A DNA stretch of 19,073 nt, from NCBI GenBank assembly GCA_964452145.1, contig CAYVLA010000013.1:27733-46805 (forward strand), written 5' to 3'. The position numbers were made by a program, and so were the translations under genes. Origin of the DNA: Candidatus Hadarchaeota archaeon. Its GTDB lineage: Archaea; CAYQAE01; CAYVLA01. Below are positions 6,462 through 16,088 of this stretch, in pieces; position 1 is the first letter of the stretch, and each line of letters starts with the position of its first letter. The notes beneath the pieces were generated by a model that saw only the letters and a program-made list of their open reading frames with translations, was not told the origin of the DNA and made no database searches.

Positions 6462-8611
6462 AGGTGCGGAGCGAGCTTCTCAGGGACTGGCGCGTCATCC
6501 TGCTCATAATCATGGACCTGTCAGCGCTGCTGGTCATCTTCCCGAGGATCACCATCTCAACCACCGAGTTTTCGGTGAGCGACATCAACTCCTCCCAGAT
6601 CGTCCTGCGGGTCCTGCGATCGGAGCCCTCCTACCAGAACGTGACGCATCTGTTTTCGACATACGATGATGGCCTATGGCATCACGGTTACGCCTTTCAG
6701 CTCCTAGTGCCCAGGGAGCATGACAGCCTGCAGAGCGAGCTCAGGGCCAAGCTCTCGGGAATGGTTCCCCGAGGCATGGTGCCGGATGTATCGGTCAACG
6801 CAACTCAGGCGAACCTCAACGTAACCGTTACCGACAGGGACTGCGTCCTCGCTTTCCTTGAGGCCGGTCTGGAAGCCAAGGTGCTCTGGGTTCAGAGCAT
6901 GGAGGACTCCATATCCATCGTTCTTGGAAAGCGGCTGCACCGGGATGAGGGAGAAGCGAGGAAGATCCTCACCCAGCTCCTGGGAACTGCGGCGAGGATC
7001 GTTCCTGAGAGCTTCAGGATGCCCAAAGGCCTGAAGACCAATCTCAAGCTGGGGATTGATTTCCTGGGGGGGTTCTACTACAACATCAGACCCGTCGGGA
7101 TCACCTTCACCGCCCGGATATCTGCGGCGAACGTAACACCCATGCTGTTCTCGGAGTTCCTCTACACCAGGGCCCGCCTGGAGAAGTCGGACGGGAGCGT
7201 GCTGACGATCAGCATAGACAATCCGGCCAACTTCAGCGCCATTCTGATGGAGGCAGCACTGAACGACTTCTACGCCACGTATTCAAGCGTGGAAAGGATA
7301 TCCGTCTCCTTCGGAAACCAGACCTCCACGATCGTCGTCAATGCCACCAACTACGGTGCACTGGTGGCGGTTCTGAACAAAACCCTCACGGGGCGGTACG
7401 ATGTCGTGCAGGGCGATGAGGGCTCGGGTCTCTTTGAGGTGGAGGGAAGGGGCTCGGAGGCGACGAGGGAACAGATCGAGGCCAACCTTAGCAGGTATGC
7501 CCGGGTCACGGCATATGATTCCAGGGTCTCAACCAAGACCATTGATGAGGTAACACAGATGATAGAATCCAGGGCGAACTTCCTGGGCGTGTCGGACCTG
7601 AGGACGAAGCGGGCCGGCAACGAGTACATAATGATCGAGTCCCCGGAGAGGATCGCCGGGGGCAGCTCCATCCTTGAGCCCCTGGATTTCGAGGCCAGGT
7701 TGTGGGTCTCCAAGACCGAGACCATCCGGGCTTTCGGAGCCGAGGATGTCTCGAGAGTCGATCACTACTACTACGTGACCGAGATCGGCGGATGGGCCGT
7801 GCCGTTGACGCTGAGGACGAAGGCCGCCGAGGATCTTCGGACCAAGGCCCTGATCTACGGTGCCATCGACGCTGATGACTCCGTACGGAGCGAACACAAG
7901 CTGGGCATGTTCTTCAACGGCGTGGAGGTCTATAACGCCTCGTTCTCCAAGGAGCTTGCCGAGAACATGAGGCAGAGCGTCGTCGTGAGTTTCCTGGCCA
8001 TAACGGGGGGCCCTAGGGAGAATGCGGATGCGCGAAAGCGGGCTGAGGATCTCTACATAAACCTTGAGGCATCCTTCCCGACGAAGCTGCGGACGGCGGG
8101 GGAGGGCCAGATCCCGCCCATCCTGGGCAAGGGCTTCGGCAGACAGATCGTGGGCGGAGCGATAGTTGCCATGCTGGGTGTGTATCTCGTGGTCTATCTG
8201 AGGTATCGCCGTCCGAAGCTGGTCCTAGCGGTGTTGCTTGTCAGCCTAAGCGAGGTCCTCATCCTCCTAGGATTTGCCGTGGTGATCGGCTGGTACCTGG
8301 ACCTGGCCAGCGTGGCCGCGATCATCGCCGTCATAGGCACCGGCGTCGACCACCAAATAGTTATAACTGATGAAGCCCTCTATGCGGGCGAGGGAAGGAG
8401 GAGGTTGGTCATTTCCACACGGATATCGCGCGCCTTCTTCATCATCTTTACGGCCGCGGCAACGACCATAGTGGCCATGTCTCCGCTCGCCTACGTCGGC
8501 CTGGGGAGGCTCCGCGGCTTCGCCATCGTCACGATCGTCGGGGTCTTGGTAGGCGTCCTTGTAACCAGGCCGGCCTATGGCAGGATAGTCAGACGGGTAA
8601 TCGGCGGCTGA
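6458..8611 (+). CDS. secD: Protein translocase subunit SecD with enlarged extracytoplasmic region (717 aa)
   Basis: ATGA overlap with the secF stop. Motifs LRDWRV, LKLGIDFLGG, IPPILG, IGTGVDHQIVITDE, LRGFAIVTIVGVLVGVLVTRPAY. Confidence 0.93.
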   Translation: MKVRSELLRDWRVILLIIMDLSALLVIFPRITISTTEFSVSDINSSQIVLRVLRSEPSYQNVTHLFSTYDDGLWHHGYAFQLLVPREHDSLQSELRAKLSGMVPRGMVPDVSVNATQANLNVTVTDRDCVLAFLEAGLEAKVLWVQSMEDSISIVLGKRLHRDEGEARKILTQLLGTAARIVPESFRMPKGLKTNLKLGIDFLGGFYYNIRPVGITFTARISAANVTPMLFSEFLYTRARLEKSDGSVLTISIDNPANFSAILMEAALNDFYATYSSVERISVSFGNQTSTIVVNATNYGALVAVLNKTLTGRYDVVQGDEGSGLFEVEGRGSEATREQIEANLSRYARVTAYDSRVSTKTIDEVTQMIESRANFLGVSDLRTKRAGNEYIMIESPERIAGGSSILEPLDFEARLWVSKTETIRAFGAEDVSRVDHYYYVTEIGGWAVPLTLRTKAAEDLRTKALIYGAIDADDSVRSEHKLGMFFNGVEVYNASFSKELAENMRQSVVVSFLAITGGPRENADARKRAEDLYINLEASFPTKLRTAGEGQIPPILGKGFGRQIVGGAIVAMLGVYLVVYLRYRRPKLVLAVLLVSLSEVLILLGFAVVIGWYLDLASVAAIIAVIGTGVDHQIVITDEALYAGEGRRRLVISTRISRAFFIIFTAAATTIVAMSPLAYVGLGRLRGFAIVTIVGVLVGVLVTRPAYGRIVRRVIGG

Positions 8612-8615
8612 TGGA

Positions 8616-9302
8616 ATGTATATCATAATCGTGGGGGCGGGAAGGATCGGCTACAATCTGGCCAGGATCCTTGTTGCGGCTGGCCACGAGGTAACCATAA
8701 TCGAGAAGGACGAAAGGCGGGTCCACGAACTAGGCTCCTTGGACGCATACGTTGTGCACGGCTACGGCACGAACCCCGCCATCCTGGAGTCGCTGAACAT
8801 CCACACGGCGGATGCCCTCGTCGCCGTGACCGGAGACGACTCGGTCAACCTCACCTCCTGCCTAGTTGCCAAGAGGCTCGTCGCTCGCCAGAAGAAGTCC
8901 AAGTCCTTCATGACCATCGCCAGGGTGTCGGATGTGGAGATGGAGAAGCCGTTCATGGAGTTGGGCATAGATCGGGTGATCAGCCCAGAGAAGGCTGCCG
9001 CCGAGTACATCTCACGCTTGGTCAGGAGTCCGGGAGTTGTGGATGTGACGGCCCTGCTGGGTGGGCAGGGCGAGGTCCTCGAGCTTGACATCGATGAGAC
9101 CTCCCCGATGATCGGGAAGACTCTGGCGGAGGTTTCTGCCATAGGCGACATGTCATGCAGCACGGCGATCGCAGTAATCGACAACGGCCAGATGATCATC
9201 CCCCACGGAGACACAACGATCAAGGCAGGCATGCGGGTCGTCCTCTTCTGCAAGGTGGAGGAGTCCAGAAAGGTGAGGAAGCTCTTCCTGGGGAGAACCT
9301 AG
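8616..9302 (+). CDS. trkA: TrkA-family RCK-domain (K+ transport regulatory) protein
   Basis: Rossmann motif IIIVGAGRIG, ADALVAVTGDDSVN, GIDRVISPE and RCK_C IIPHGDTTIKAG. Confidence 0.9.
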   Translation: MYIIIVGAGRIGYNLARILVAAGHEVTIIEKDERRVHELGSLDAYVVHGYGTNPAILESLNIHTADALVAVTGDDSVNLTSCLVAKRLVARQKKSKSFMTIARVSDVEMEKPFMELGIDRVISPEKAAAEYISRLVRSPGVVDVTALLGGQGEVLELDIDETSPMIGKTLAEVSAIGDMSCSTAIAVIDNGQMIIPHGDTTIKAGMRVVLFCKVEESRKVRKLFLGRT

Positions 9303-9369
9303 AAAGACTAAAGAGGGCCCCCTCCGGATACCTGGGCAGCGCCATTGCTTGCGGAGGAGGAACCAAGAG

Positions 9370-9846
9370 TTGGTGTCGGATCAGATTCTGGTAGCGATTG
9401 GAGTTGCGCTTGCGGTCGGAATACCCGGGATAGCGTCGGCGATCGGAGTGTCCATGACGGGCGTGGCGGCCGCCGGCCTCGTATCCGAGGATCCCAAGAA
9501 GTTTTCAAGGGCATTCATACTCGAGATCATCCCGGGCACACAAGGATTCTATGGCTTCATCGCCGGGATGTTGATACTCATCGGTACCAAGATGCTCGGC
9601 GGTACATCGGTGTCCCTGCCCACAGGCATGGGGATGGCTGCCTTGGTCGCGGCTATCCCGGCGATTCTCCAAGGCTTCACCTCCTATTACCAGGGCCTTG
9701 TTGCCACGAGCGGTGTTGCTGCGATAGCAAAGAGGGAGGAGACCTTCGGAAGCTGCGTGCTGATGGCCGTCATGGTCGAAACCTATGCCATCCTCGGCTT
9801 CCTCAGCACCTTCCTCCTGCTTCTCTCCCTTGGAGTTTGGGGATAG
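9370..9846 (+). CDS. atpK: A1AO ATP synthase subunit K (c, proteolipid), duplicated 4-TM form with Na+-site signature
   Basis: SD GGAGGAGG (9353-9360), then TTG 9370 or GTG 9373. Two hairpins; IPGTQGFYG, YYQG and MVETYAI. Confidence 0.95.
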   Translation: MVSDQILVAIGVALAVGIPGIASAIGVSMTGVAAAGLVSEDPKKFSRAFILEIIPGTQGFYGFIAGMLILIGTKMLGGTSVSLPTGMGMAALVAAIPAILQGFTSYYQGLVATSGVAAIAKREETFGSCVLMAVMVETYAILGFLSTFLLLLSLGVWG

Positions 9847-9879
9847 GCTTCGGTCTCCCTGCGCAAGGAAGGTGGGGTC

Positions 9880-10194
9880 TTGGACGAGGAGCTGCGGCTC
9901 GTCTTTGATGCCGAGCTGGAGGCGAAGGAGATTCTGGCCCGAGCTGAGAAGCGGGCGAGAGGGATCAAGGCGGAGGCTGCCAACGAGGCGCGGGCCGTCG
10001 TCCTTCGCAGAACCGAAAAAGCCCGTCAAGAGGGGCAGGAGTTCATTGCCCGGGCGGTCGCAAGGGCCGAGGAGGAGGGACGCCAGCTCAGGTCAGAGCA
10101 AGAGTCCAAGATCTCGGAGATGGAGAGACAGGCCGCTCTTAGGATGAAGGAGGCTGTGGATCTAGCGATCAGAGCGGTTATCGAGGAGAGCTAG
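9880..10194 (+). CDS. atpH: A1AO ATP synthase subunit H (G), peripheral stalk
   Basis: 104-aa charged helical protein (AELEAKEILARAEKRARGIKAEA) directly before subunit I; SD-like GGAAGGTGG. Confidence 0.85.
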   Translation: MDEELRLVFDAELEAKEILARAEKRARGIKAEAANEARAVVLRRTEKARQEGQEFIARAVARAEEEGRQLRSEQESKISEMERQAALRMKEAVDLAIRAVIEES

Positions 10195-10196
10195 AA

Positions 10197-12284
10197 TTGC
10201 TCAAACCCGCTTCCATGGCAAAGGTCGGGATCCTGGTTCTGGAGGAGGACCTCGAGGGCTTGACTCGATCCCTTCAGGAGGAGGGTCTGGTCCAGCTGTC
10301 CGAGGGCACGGTTCCCTCGCCCATGGGGCGCCACGAGGTTAGGGAGCTCGAAAACCGAGCCATCTCTCTGAAGGCGAAGGTGGAGAGGATGCTATCCCTG
10401 CTGGAGGGGGCATCATCCCGCGGGGCCGGAAAGGAAGGCGCTGTGGCCAGGATCAAGCGGGCCTTGTCACCCGCGACATCGCCGGAGCCGTTTCTGGTGA
10501 GAACCGCATCAGCCCTGGAGACGATCGGCTGGTGTGAAGAGCAAGTGCGGGAGATCGGGCCTGAGCTGGATAGCTTGGGCGAGGCCATGAAGAGAGCCTC
10601 GGAGAGGCGGGCTCGGCTGGAGGAGGATCTCCGTCTGATCAGGGACATGCTACCCATAAAGGTGCCGCTCGCTCGCTTCCGGTCGACCGAGATGATCAGC
10701 ACATCCTTCTTCTACCTCCCCGCCGAGCGGGTCGATCAGTTCTCATCGGCCTGTCGCGATCAGATAGACCCGATACATGTGTCGGTCATCTCCGGAACAA
10801 GGAAACGCCTCGTGATGGCGCTGGGCTTGTCAATCGATCGGGTGAAGATCCTCACGCAGATCCACAGGTTCGAGGGGGAGATCGTGGAGATACCCCCTTA
10901 CGAGGAGACCCCGGCCGCGGCCGAGAAGGCCGTAATCGAGGCCATGCAGATACTGGACTCGGAAACCGAGCAGATGGCCGATCGGCTGGCGGAGATATCC
11001 GGAGAACGCCTACACGACCTCAGAATCACGGCAGAGGCCCTTGAGAACGAGGAGGAGAGGGTCAAGGCCCACAAGCTGCTTGGTCGGACCGAACATGTCG
11101 CTTATCTGCAGGGCTGGGTCATCGAGGATGACCTAGACAGGCTCGAGAATGTCCTGTCGAAGGCAACCGACGGGCGATACCATCTGTCAGCCTCCGCGCC
11201 GGATCCCGGCGAGTCAAGGCAGGTGCCCATTTCACTTTCGAATCGCTGGCCCTTCAGCAGCTTCGAGTGGATCACCAAGATGTACGGGCTGCCTCACTAC
11301 AGGGAGATAGATCCGACCCCTCTCATCATGCCCACATTTGCCGTGTTCTTCGGCACATGTCTGACGGATGCTGGATACGGCCTGCTCCTTGCGATCATAA
11401 GCTTCTTCTTCCTCAGGAGGATGTGGGGACAGAAGGTCGGGTGGGCCTTCACCCTGTGCGGGCTAGCGACGGTCCTGATGGGCTGGCTGACGGGCGGCTG
11501 GTTCGGCAACATCCTCTCAAGCCCGGACTATGGCCCGAACATCGCCTTCTTCAAACCGGCCTGGATCGATCCCCTGAGCCAGAACGGCGCGATCCCGTTC
11601 TTGGCGATGGTTTTGCTTTTCGGCCTTGCTCATCTGCTCCTGGGCCACATCACAGCGATCATCTCGTCCGCCAGGAAAGGAGCGTTCAGCCGGGCGCTTG
11701 TGACCAACGTAGGCTGGTGCATGACGCTGATCTTCGGATCGATCTACATACTCTGGTCGCTTCTCGGAACCGTCTCGGGGTGGGAGGCCTCCCAGACATG
11801 GAAGGATCTCAGCACGTGGGGACTGATCGGCGGAGTTGCGTTGGGGATGATGGGCTATGTGTGGAGCAGGGCGGGAGCATCAAGGGCTGCCGGGCCGGCC
11901 CAGTTCATGTACGATATCCTCGGGCACGTGGCTGACACGGTCTCCTATTCCAGGCTCCTGGCCTTGGGCATCTCGTCCTCGGTTAATGCCTACCTCATCG
12001 ACCTACTGATCATGAAGTTCGTTTGGCCCCGGCCAGGGCCTGGAGCGGGTTTGCTGACCATCATCCTCGCCGTCCTGCTGGCTGTAGTTCTCTCGGCGGG
12101 CTTCGTATTCCTCCATCTTGCGAACATGGGGCTGAGCTGCCTTTCGGGTTTTGTCCACACGATGAGGCTTCACTTCGCCGAGTATTTCGGTAAGTTCTAT
12201 GAGGCTGGGGGCGACGAGTTCCTTCCCTTCAGATCCAAGCGAATACTGACCGCCGTTGCGATGCCGGAGGGCGGTGGGGGATGA
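10197..12284 (+). CDS. atpI: A1AO ATP synthase subunit I (a)
   Basis: MLKPASMAKV start, YGLPHYREIDPT, DAGYG, SYSRLLAL (essential Arg) and HTMRLHFAEYFGKFY. Confidence 0.95.
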   Translation: MLKPASMAKVGILVLEEDLEGLTRSLQEEGLVQLSEGTVPSPMGRHEVRELENRAISLKAKVERMLSLLEGASSRGAGKEGAVARIKRALSPATSPEPFLVRTASALETIGWCEEQVREIGPELDSLGEAMKRASERRARLEEDLRLIRDMLPIKVPLARFRSTEMISTSFFYLPAERVDQFSSACRDQIDPIHVSVISGTRKRLVMALGLSIDRVKILTQIHRFEGEIVEIPPYEETPAAAEKAVIEAMQILDSETEQMADRLAEISGERLHDLRITAEALENEEERVKAHKLLGRTEHVAYLQGWVIEDDLDRLENVLSKATDGRYHLSASAPDPGESRQVPISLSNRWPFSSFEWITKMYGLPHYREIDPTPLIMPTFAVFFGTCLTDAGYGLLLAIISFFFLRRMWGQKVGWAFTLCGLATVLMGWLTGGWFGNILSSPDYGPNIAFFKPAWIDPLSQNGAIPFLAMVLLFGLAHLLLGHITAIISSARKGAFSRALVTNVGWCMTLIFGSIYILWSLLGTVSGWEASQTWKDLSTWGLIGGVALGMMGYVWSRAGASRAAGPAQFMYDILGHVADTVSYSRLLALGISSSVNAYLIDLLIMKFVWPRPGPGAGLLTIILAVLLAVVLSAGFVFLHLANMGLSCLSGFVHTMRLHFAEYFGKFYEAGGDEFLPFRSKRILTAVAMPEGGGG

Positions 12285-12904
12285 CGTCCGGACTGGAAGC
12301 TATCAGGCAGAGGATCATTGCCATGGCCAAGAAGCAGGCGGAGGCCTTGGTCCAGCAAGCCCTCGATGAGAAGAGGGACAGGATCTCCTCGGCGGAGCGG
12401 GAGGCCCGAACGTCGGCGGCCTCAATCATCGAGGACGCCAAGGCGGAGGCCGAGAAGAAGCACGAGGAGAGGCTAGGTGCCATTCGCACCGACCTGAGGC
12501 GCCAGATACTGACAAGGAGGGAGGAGCTCATGGATTCCGTCTGGGAACGGGCCATGCACGATCTCAGGGACTACATGGAAGGCGAGGAGTACAGATCGTC
12601 CCTGAAGAAACTGGTCGTGGAGGCGGCGAGGTCCATCGGGGGCGAATCCTTCAGAGTCGATGCCAACGCCAGAGACCTTCCGCTGATAGCGAAATCGAAG
12701 GACGAGATTGAGAAGGCCCTCGAGGAAGCGGGATCACCCAAGAAGATGATTCTGGGGCGGGTTATGGAATGCATCGGAGGTGTCGAGGTGTCGGATCCGG
12801 AGCGGAGGGTGGTCTTGGATCGCACCTACGATGCCAAGGTCAGGAAGGTGAGGGCGGCCCTGAGGGCCGAGATTGCCCGCATCATTGCCGGAGGCTTGGT
12901 GTGA
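12281..12904 (+). CDS. atpE: A1AO ATP synthase subunit E
   Basis: GLEAIRQRI start, long helical N-terminus and IGGVEVSDPERRVVLDRTYD. ATGA overlap with atpI. Confidence 0.92.
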   Translation: MTSGLEAIRQRIIAMAKKQAEALVQQALDEKRDRISSAEREARTSAASIIEDAKAEAEKKHEERLGAIRTDLRRQILTRREELMDSVWERAMHDLRDYMEGEEYRSSLKKLVVEAARSIGGESFRVDANARDLPLIAKSKDEIEKALEEAGSPKKMILGRVMECIGGVEVSDPERRVVLDRTYDAKVRKVRAALRAEIARIIAGGLV

Positions 12905-14022
12905 CGGCCGGATATGAGGTGGCGATCATCATAGCGGGCATCGGCGCCGGGGCGGTGGCTGTGGGGTTGAACGCCCGAGCGGTCACGCCCTACGCGTTTC
13001 TCATCGGAAGGATTCGGGCTCGAGAGGCAAGAATGCTTAACGACCCCAAGATGCAGGCTCTTCTTGAGGCGGGCAGCCTAGAATCTCTGATGGCCGGATT
13101 GAGGGGGACCGACTACGAAGGGGACCTGGAAGGCGTTGGGCAAGACCTGAGCCTGATCGAAACGGCATTGGGCAGACATCTCCTCCGGACCCATCGAGAG
13201 GTCCTCCTCTTGGTTCCCAAGTCGACTCTTCCCTTCTTCAGGAAGTTCTCCGAAAGGCTGGATCTGGGTAATCTCAGGCTGGTGATCCATGCCGTCTCGG
13301 GCAATGTGAACCGTGAGTTGGCGATCGCCCACCTCGTAGACGGCATGGTTTTCGCGAGGGACAGGCTGGAAGTCATGGCCAAGAGCCAGGATGTGCCGGA
13401 GCTGATCCAGCAGCTGAGTCAGACCGAGTACTACGAAGGGCTCCGGGGCTTCCTTGAGCCCGGGGAGTACCTTGCCTCGGATCTCATACGGGCTCTTGAG
13501 CATTCGTACTATGCTTCGTTGTGGGCCAGGGCCCACGGACTGGGAAGGAAGAACCGAGGCATCGCTCAGGCCATCATCGGCAGGGAGATTGACCTGGCCA
13601 ATCTCAAACTGGTGGTTCGACTGAGGCTTGCCGGCGTCGGTCCGGATGTGACGATGAAGAACGTCATACCAATCGAGGCCGCGATCAAGTCGGATGTGCT
13701 GCGAGCCTGTGCCCAGGCCGAGTCCATGGACGATGTCAAGACCGCCGCGGCGAGAACCCCGTTGAGGTCGCTCTTGGTGCCGCTGCTGGCCTCAGGCGGC
13801 GATGACGTGGGCGTGCTGGAGAGATGCCTGGACGAGTTCCTTCTGGACTACTGCAAGGCGATGTCCGTCCTTAGGCCCCTGACGGTCGCCACGCCACTGG
13901 CCTATCTCTATCAGAAGCATGCGGAGCTGGGGAACGTACGGGCCTTGGTCAGGGCCTTGGGCGACGGAGTGCCCGCGGCCGAGATGAAGCAGGTGATAAC
14001 GAGGTCGGCCAGAATTGAGTGA
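12901..14022 (+). CDS. atpC: A1AO ATP synthase subunit C (d)
   Basis: GTGA overlap with the atpE stop. PYAFLIGRIRAREARML, LRGTDY, EIDLANLK and LAYLYQKHAELGNVR. Confidence 0.92.
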   Translation: MTAGYEVAIIIAGIGAGAVAVGLNARAVTPYAFLIGRIRAREARMLNDPKMQALLEAGSLESLMAGLRGTDYEGDLEGVGQDLSLIETALGRHLLRTHREVLLLVPKSTLPFFRKFSERLDLGNLRLVIHAVSGNVNRELAIAHLVDGMVFARDRLEVMAKSQDVPELIQQLSQTEYYEGLRGFLEPGEYLASDLIRALEHSYYASLWARAHGLGRKNRGIAQAIIGREIDLANLKLVVRLRLAGVGPDVTMKNVIPIEAAIKSDVLRACAQAESMDDVKTAAARTPLRSLLVPLLASGGDDVGVLERCLDEFLLDYCKAMSVLRPLTVATPLAYLYQKHAELGNVRALVRALGDGVPAAEMKQVITRSARIE

Positions 14023-14344
14023 AATAGCGGTCATCGGCGACGAGGACACGGTTGTGGGCTTCCGCTTAGCCGGGGTCAAGGATGTCTGCATTCACCGGGA
14101 TGCGGACGGAACCGACCGCTACATCCGGGAGAGCCTGGAGCGCGACGTCGGAGTCATCATCATAACGGACAGATGTGCCGCTGAGGTTCGAGGCCTGCTC
14201 GACAGGCTCCGATCCGAGAGGACGCGAGTGAAGCCGATCTTCGTTGAGATACCGGACAAGAGGGGGCCGATGGAGGGAATGGACGGTCTACAGCGTCTGA
14301 TCAGGCGCGTCGTCGGCGCGGAAGTCACCTTGGAGGCGAGATAG
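14015..14344 (+). CDS. atpF: A1AO ATP synthase subunit F
   Basis: IAVIGDEDTVVGFRLAGV and PIFVEIPDKRG. Confidence 0.95.
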   Translation: MSEIAVIGDEDTVVGFRLAGVKDVCIHRDADGTDRYIRESLERDVGVIIITDRCAAEVRGLLDRLRSERTRVKPIFVEIPDKRGPMEGMDGLQRLIRRVVGAEVTLEAR

Positions 14345-16086
14345 TGATAGAGGGAGAGGTTACAAGCGTTGCTGGCCCGGTCGTAAAGGCCCGTGGGCTG
14401 ACGGGGGCCAAGATGTACGATCTGGCGATGGTGGGTGAGAAGCGGCTCATAGGCGAGGTAATCAGGCTTGCCGGAGACTCGGTCGTGTTGCAGGTCTACG
14501 AGGAGACCACTGGCGTCAGGCCTAGGGACAAGGTCTTGTGTACGGAGAGACCTCTGTCAGTGGATCTGGCCCCCGGGCTGATCGGCACGATCTACGACGG
14601 CGTGCAGAGGCCTCTGGAGAAGATCAGGGCCCAGGCCGGGGACTTCGTGGCTCGGGGGGTCCTCGTGGATTCGATTGATCGGAAGAAGAGATGGCGCTTC
14701 GTACCATCCGTGAAAGATGGGGGGGAAGCAAAGGAAGGACAGGCCATCGGGACCGTCAAGGAGTCCAGAATAGTCGATCACGTTATCATGGTCCCCTTGG
14801 GCGTCTCGGGCAATCTGGAGGAGATCGCCTCCGAGGGTGAATACTGTGTCGATGAGCCGATAGCCCGGGTCGGGGGAAGGGAGATTGCGATGCTGCAGAC
14901 GTGGCCCGTGAGGCGGGCGAGACCGATCCTGAGGAAGTTGGATCCAACCGTTCCCCTCGTCACGGGGCAGCGAATCTTCGACACCTTCTTTCCGATCGCG
15001 AAGGGCGGAACCGCCGCGATCCCGGGGGGCTTCGGCACGGGGAAGACCGTCTCCCAGCACCAGCTTGCCAAGTGGAGCGATGCGGACATAGTGGTCTATG
15101 TGGGCTGCGGCGAGCGAGGGAACGAGATGGCCGAGGTGTTGAAGGACTTCCCTCAGCTTGAGGATCCGAGGCGCAAGGTTCCGCTGATGGAACGCACGGT
15201 CCTGATCGCCAATACGTCCAACATGCCCGTGGCGGCCAGGGAGGCATCCGTCTATACCGGGATAACCATTGCGGAGTACTTCAGAGATATGGGCTACGGA
15301 GTTGCACTGATGGCTGATTCCACCTCGCGATGGGCCGAGGCCATGAGGGAGATCTCCAGCAGGCTGGAGGAGATGCCGGGCGAGATGGGTTTCCCGGCCT
15401 ATCTGGGCAGGCGGCTTGCGGATTTCTACGAAAGAGCAGGGAGGGCGGTCACCCTGTCTGGTGAGGAGGGATTCATATCGGTGGTGGGAGCAGTCTCGCC
15501 CGGGGGAGGGGACTTCTCCGAGCCGGTCACTCAGAACACTCTCAGGATAACGAAGTGCTTCTGGGCCCTGGATTCGAGCCTGGCCCAGCGCAGACACTTC
15601 CCGGCGATCAACTGGCTGACGAGCTACTCCCTCTATGCCGACCAGCTGAGCGAATGGTATGCCGAGCACGTTGGGGACTGGAAGGGTCTCAGAACCGTGA
15701 GCCTACAGCTGTTGCAGCGCGAGAAGGAGCTGCAGGAAATAGTCCAGCTCGTCGGCCCCGATGCTTTGCCGGAGGGAGAACGCCTCCTGCTTGAGTGTAC
15801 GAGGATGATCCGTGAGGACTTCCTGCAACAGTTCGCCTACGACGAGATCGACACATACTGTCCGCTGGACAAGCAGATTGGAATGCTGCAGCTCATCCTC
15901 AGATTCTACGACAAGGCCAGGGAAGTGGTCCAGAAGGGCATCGGGGTGGACCGGATAAGGGAGATGAAGGTGCGCGGCGAACTAGCCAGGATGAAACTGA
16001 TTCCCCCGGATAGATTCAAGGATCAGGCGCGCCGCATCGAGTCTGCGATCGATCAGGAGGCAGCCAAGCTTCTCCAGGAGGCGTAA
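14344..16086 (+). CDS. atpA: A1AO ATP synthase catalytic subunit A (no intein)
   Basis: P-loop [31 protein letters not shown] and [10 protein letters not shown]; 580 aa. Confidence 0.98.
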   Translation: MIEGEVTSVAGPVVKARGLTGAKMYDLAMVGEKRLIGEVIRLAGDSVVLQVYEETTGVRPRDKVLCTERPLSVDLAPGLIGTIYDGVQRPLEKIRAQAGDFVARGVLVDSIDRKKRWRFVPSVKDGGEAKEGQAIGTVKESRIVDHVIMVPLGVSGNLEEIASEGEYCVDEPIARVGGREIAMLQTWPVRRARPILRKLDPTVPLVTGQRIFDTFFPIAKGGTAAIPGGFGTGKTVSQHQLAKWSDADIVVYVGCGERGNEMAEVLKDFPQLEDPRRKVPLMERTVLIANTSNMPVAAREASVYTGITIAEYFRDMGYGVALMADSTSRWAEAMREISSRLEEMPGEMGFPAYLGRRLADFYERAGRAVTLSGEEGFISVVGAVSPGGGDFSEPVTQNTLRITKCFWALDSSLAQRRHFPAINWLTSYSLYADQLSEWYAEHVGDWKGLRTVSLQLLQREKELQEIVQLVGPDALPEGERLLLECTRMIREDFLQQFAYDEIDTYCPLDKQIGMLQLILRFYDKAREVVQKGIGVDRIREMKVRGELARMKLIPPDRFKDQARRIESAIDQEAAKLLQEA

Positions 16087-16088
16087 CG

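Noticed and set aside
15020..15070. Intein at the AtpA P-loop
   Set aside because: [17 protein letters not shown] is continuous and the protein has normal length.
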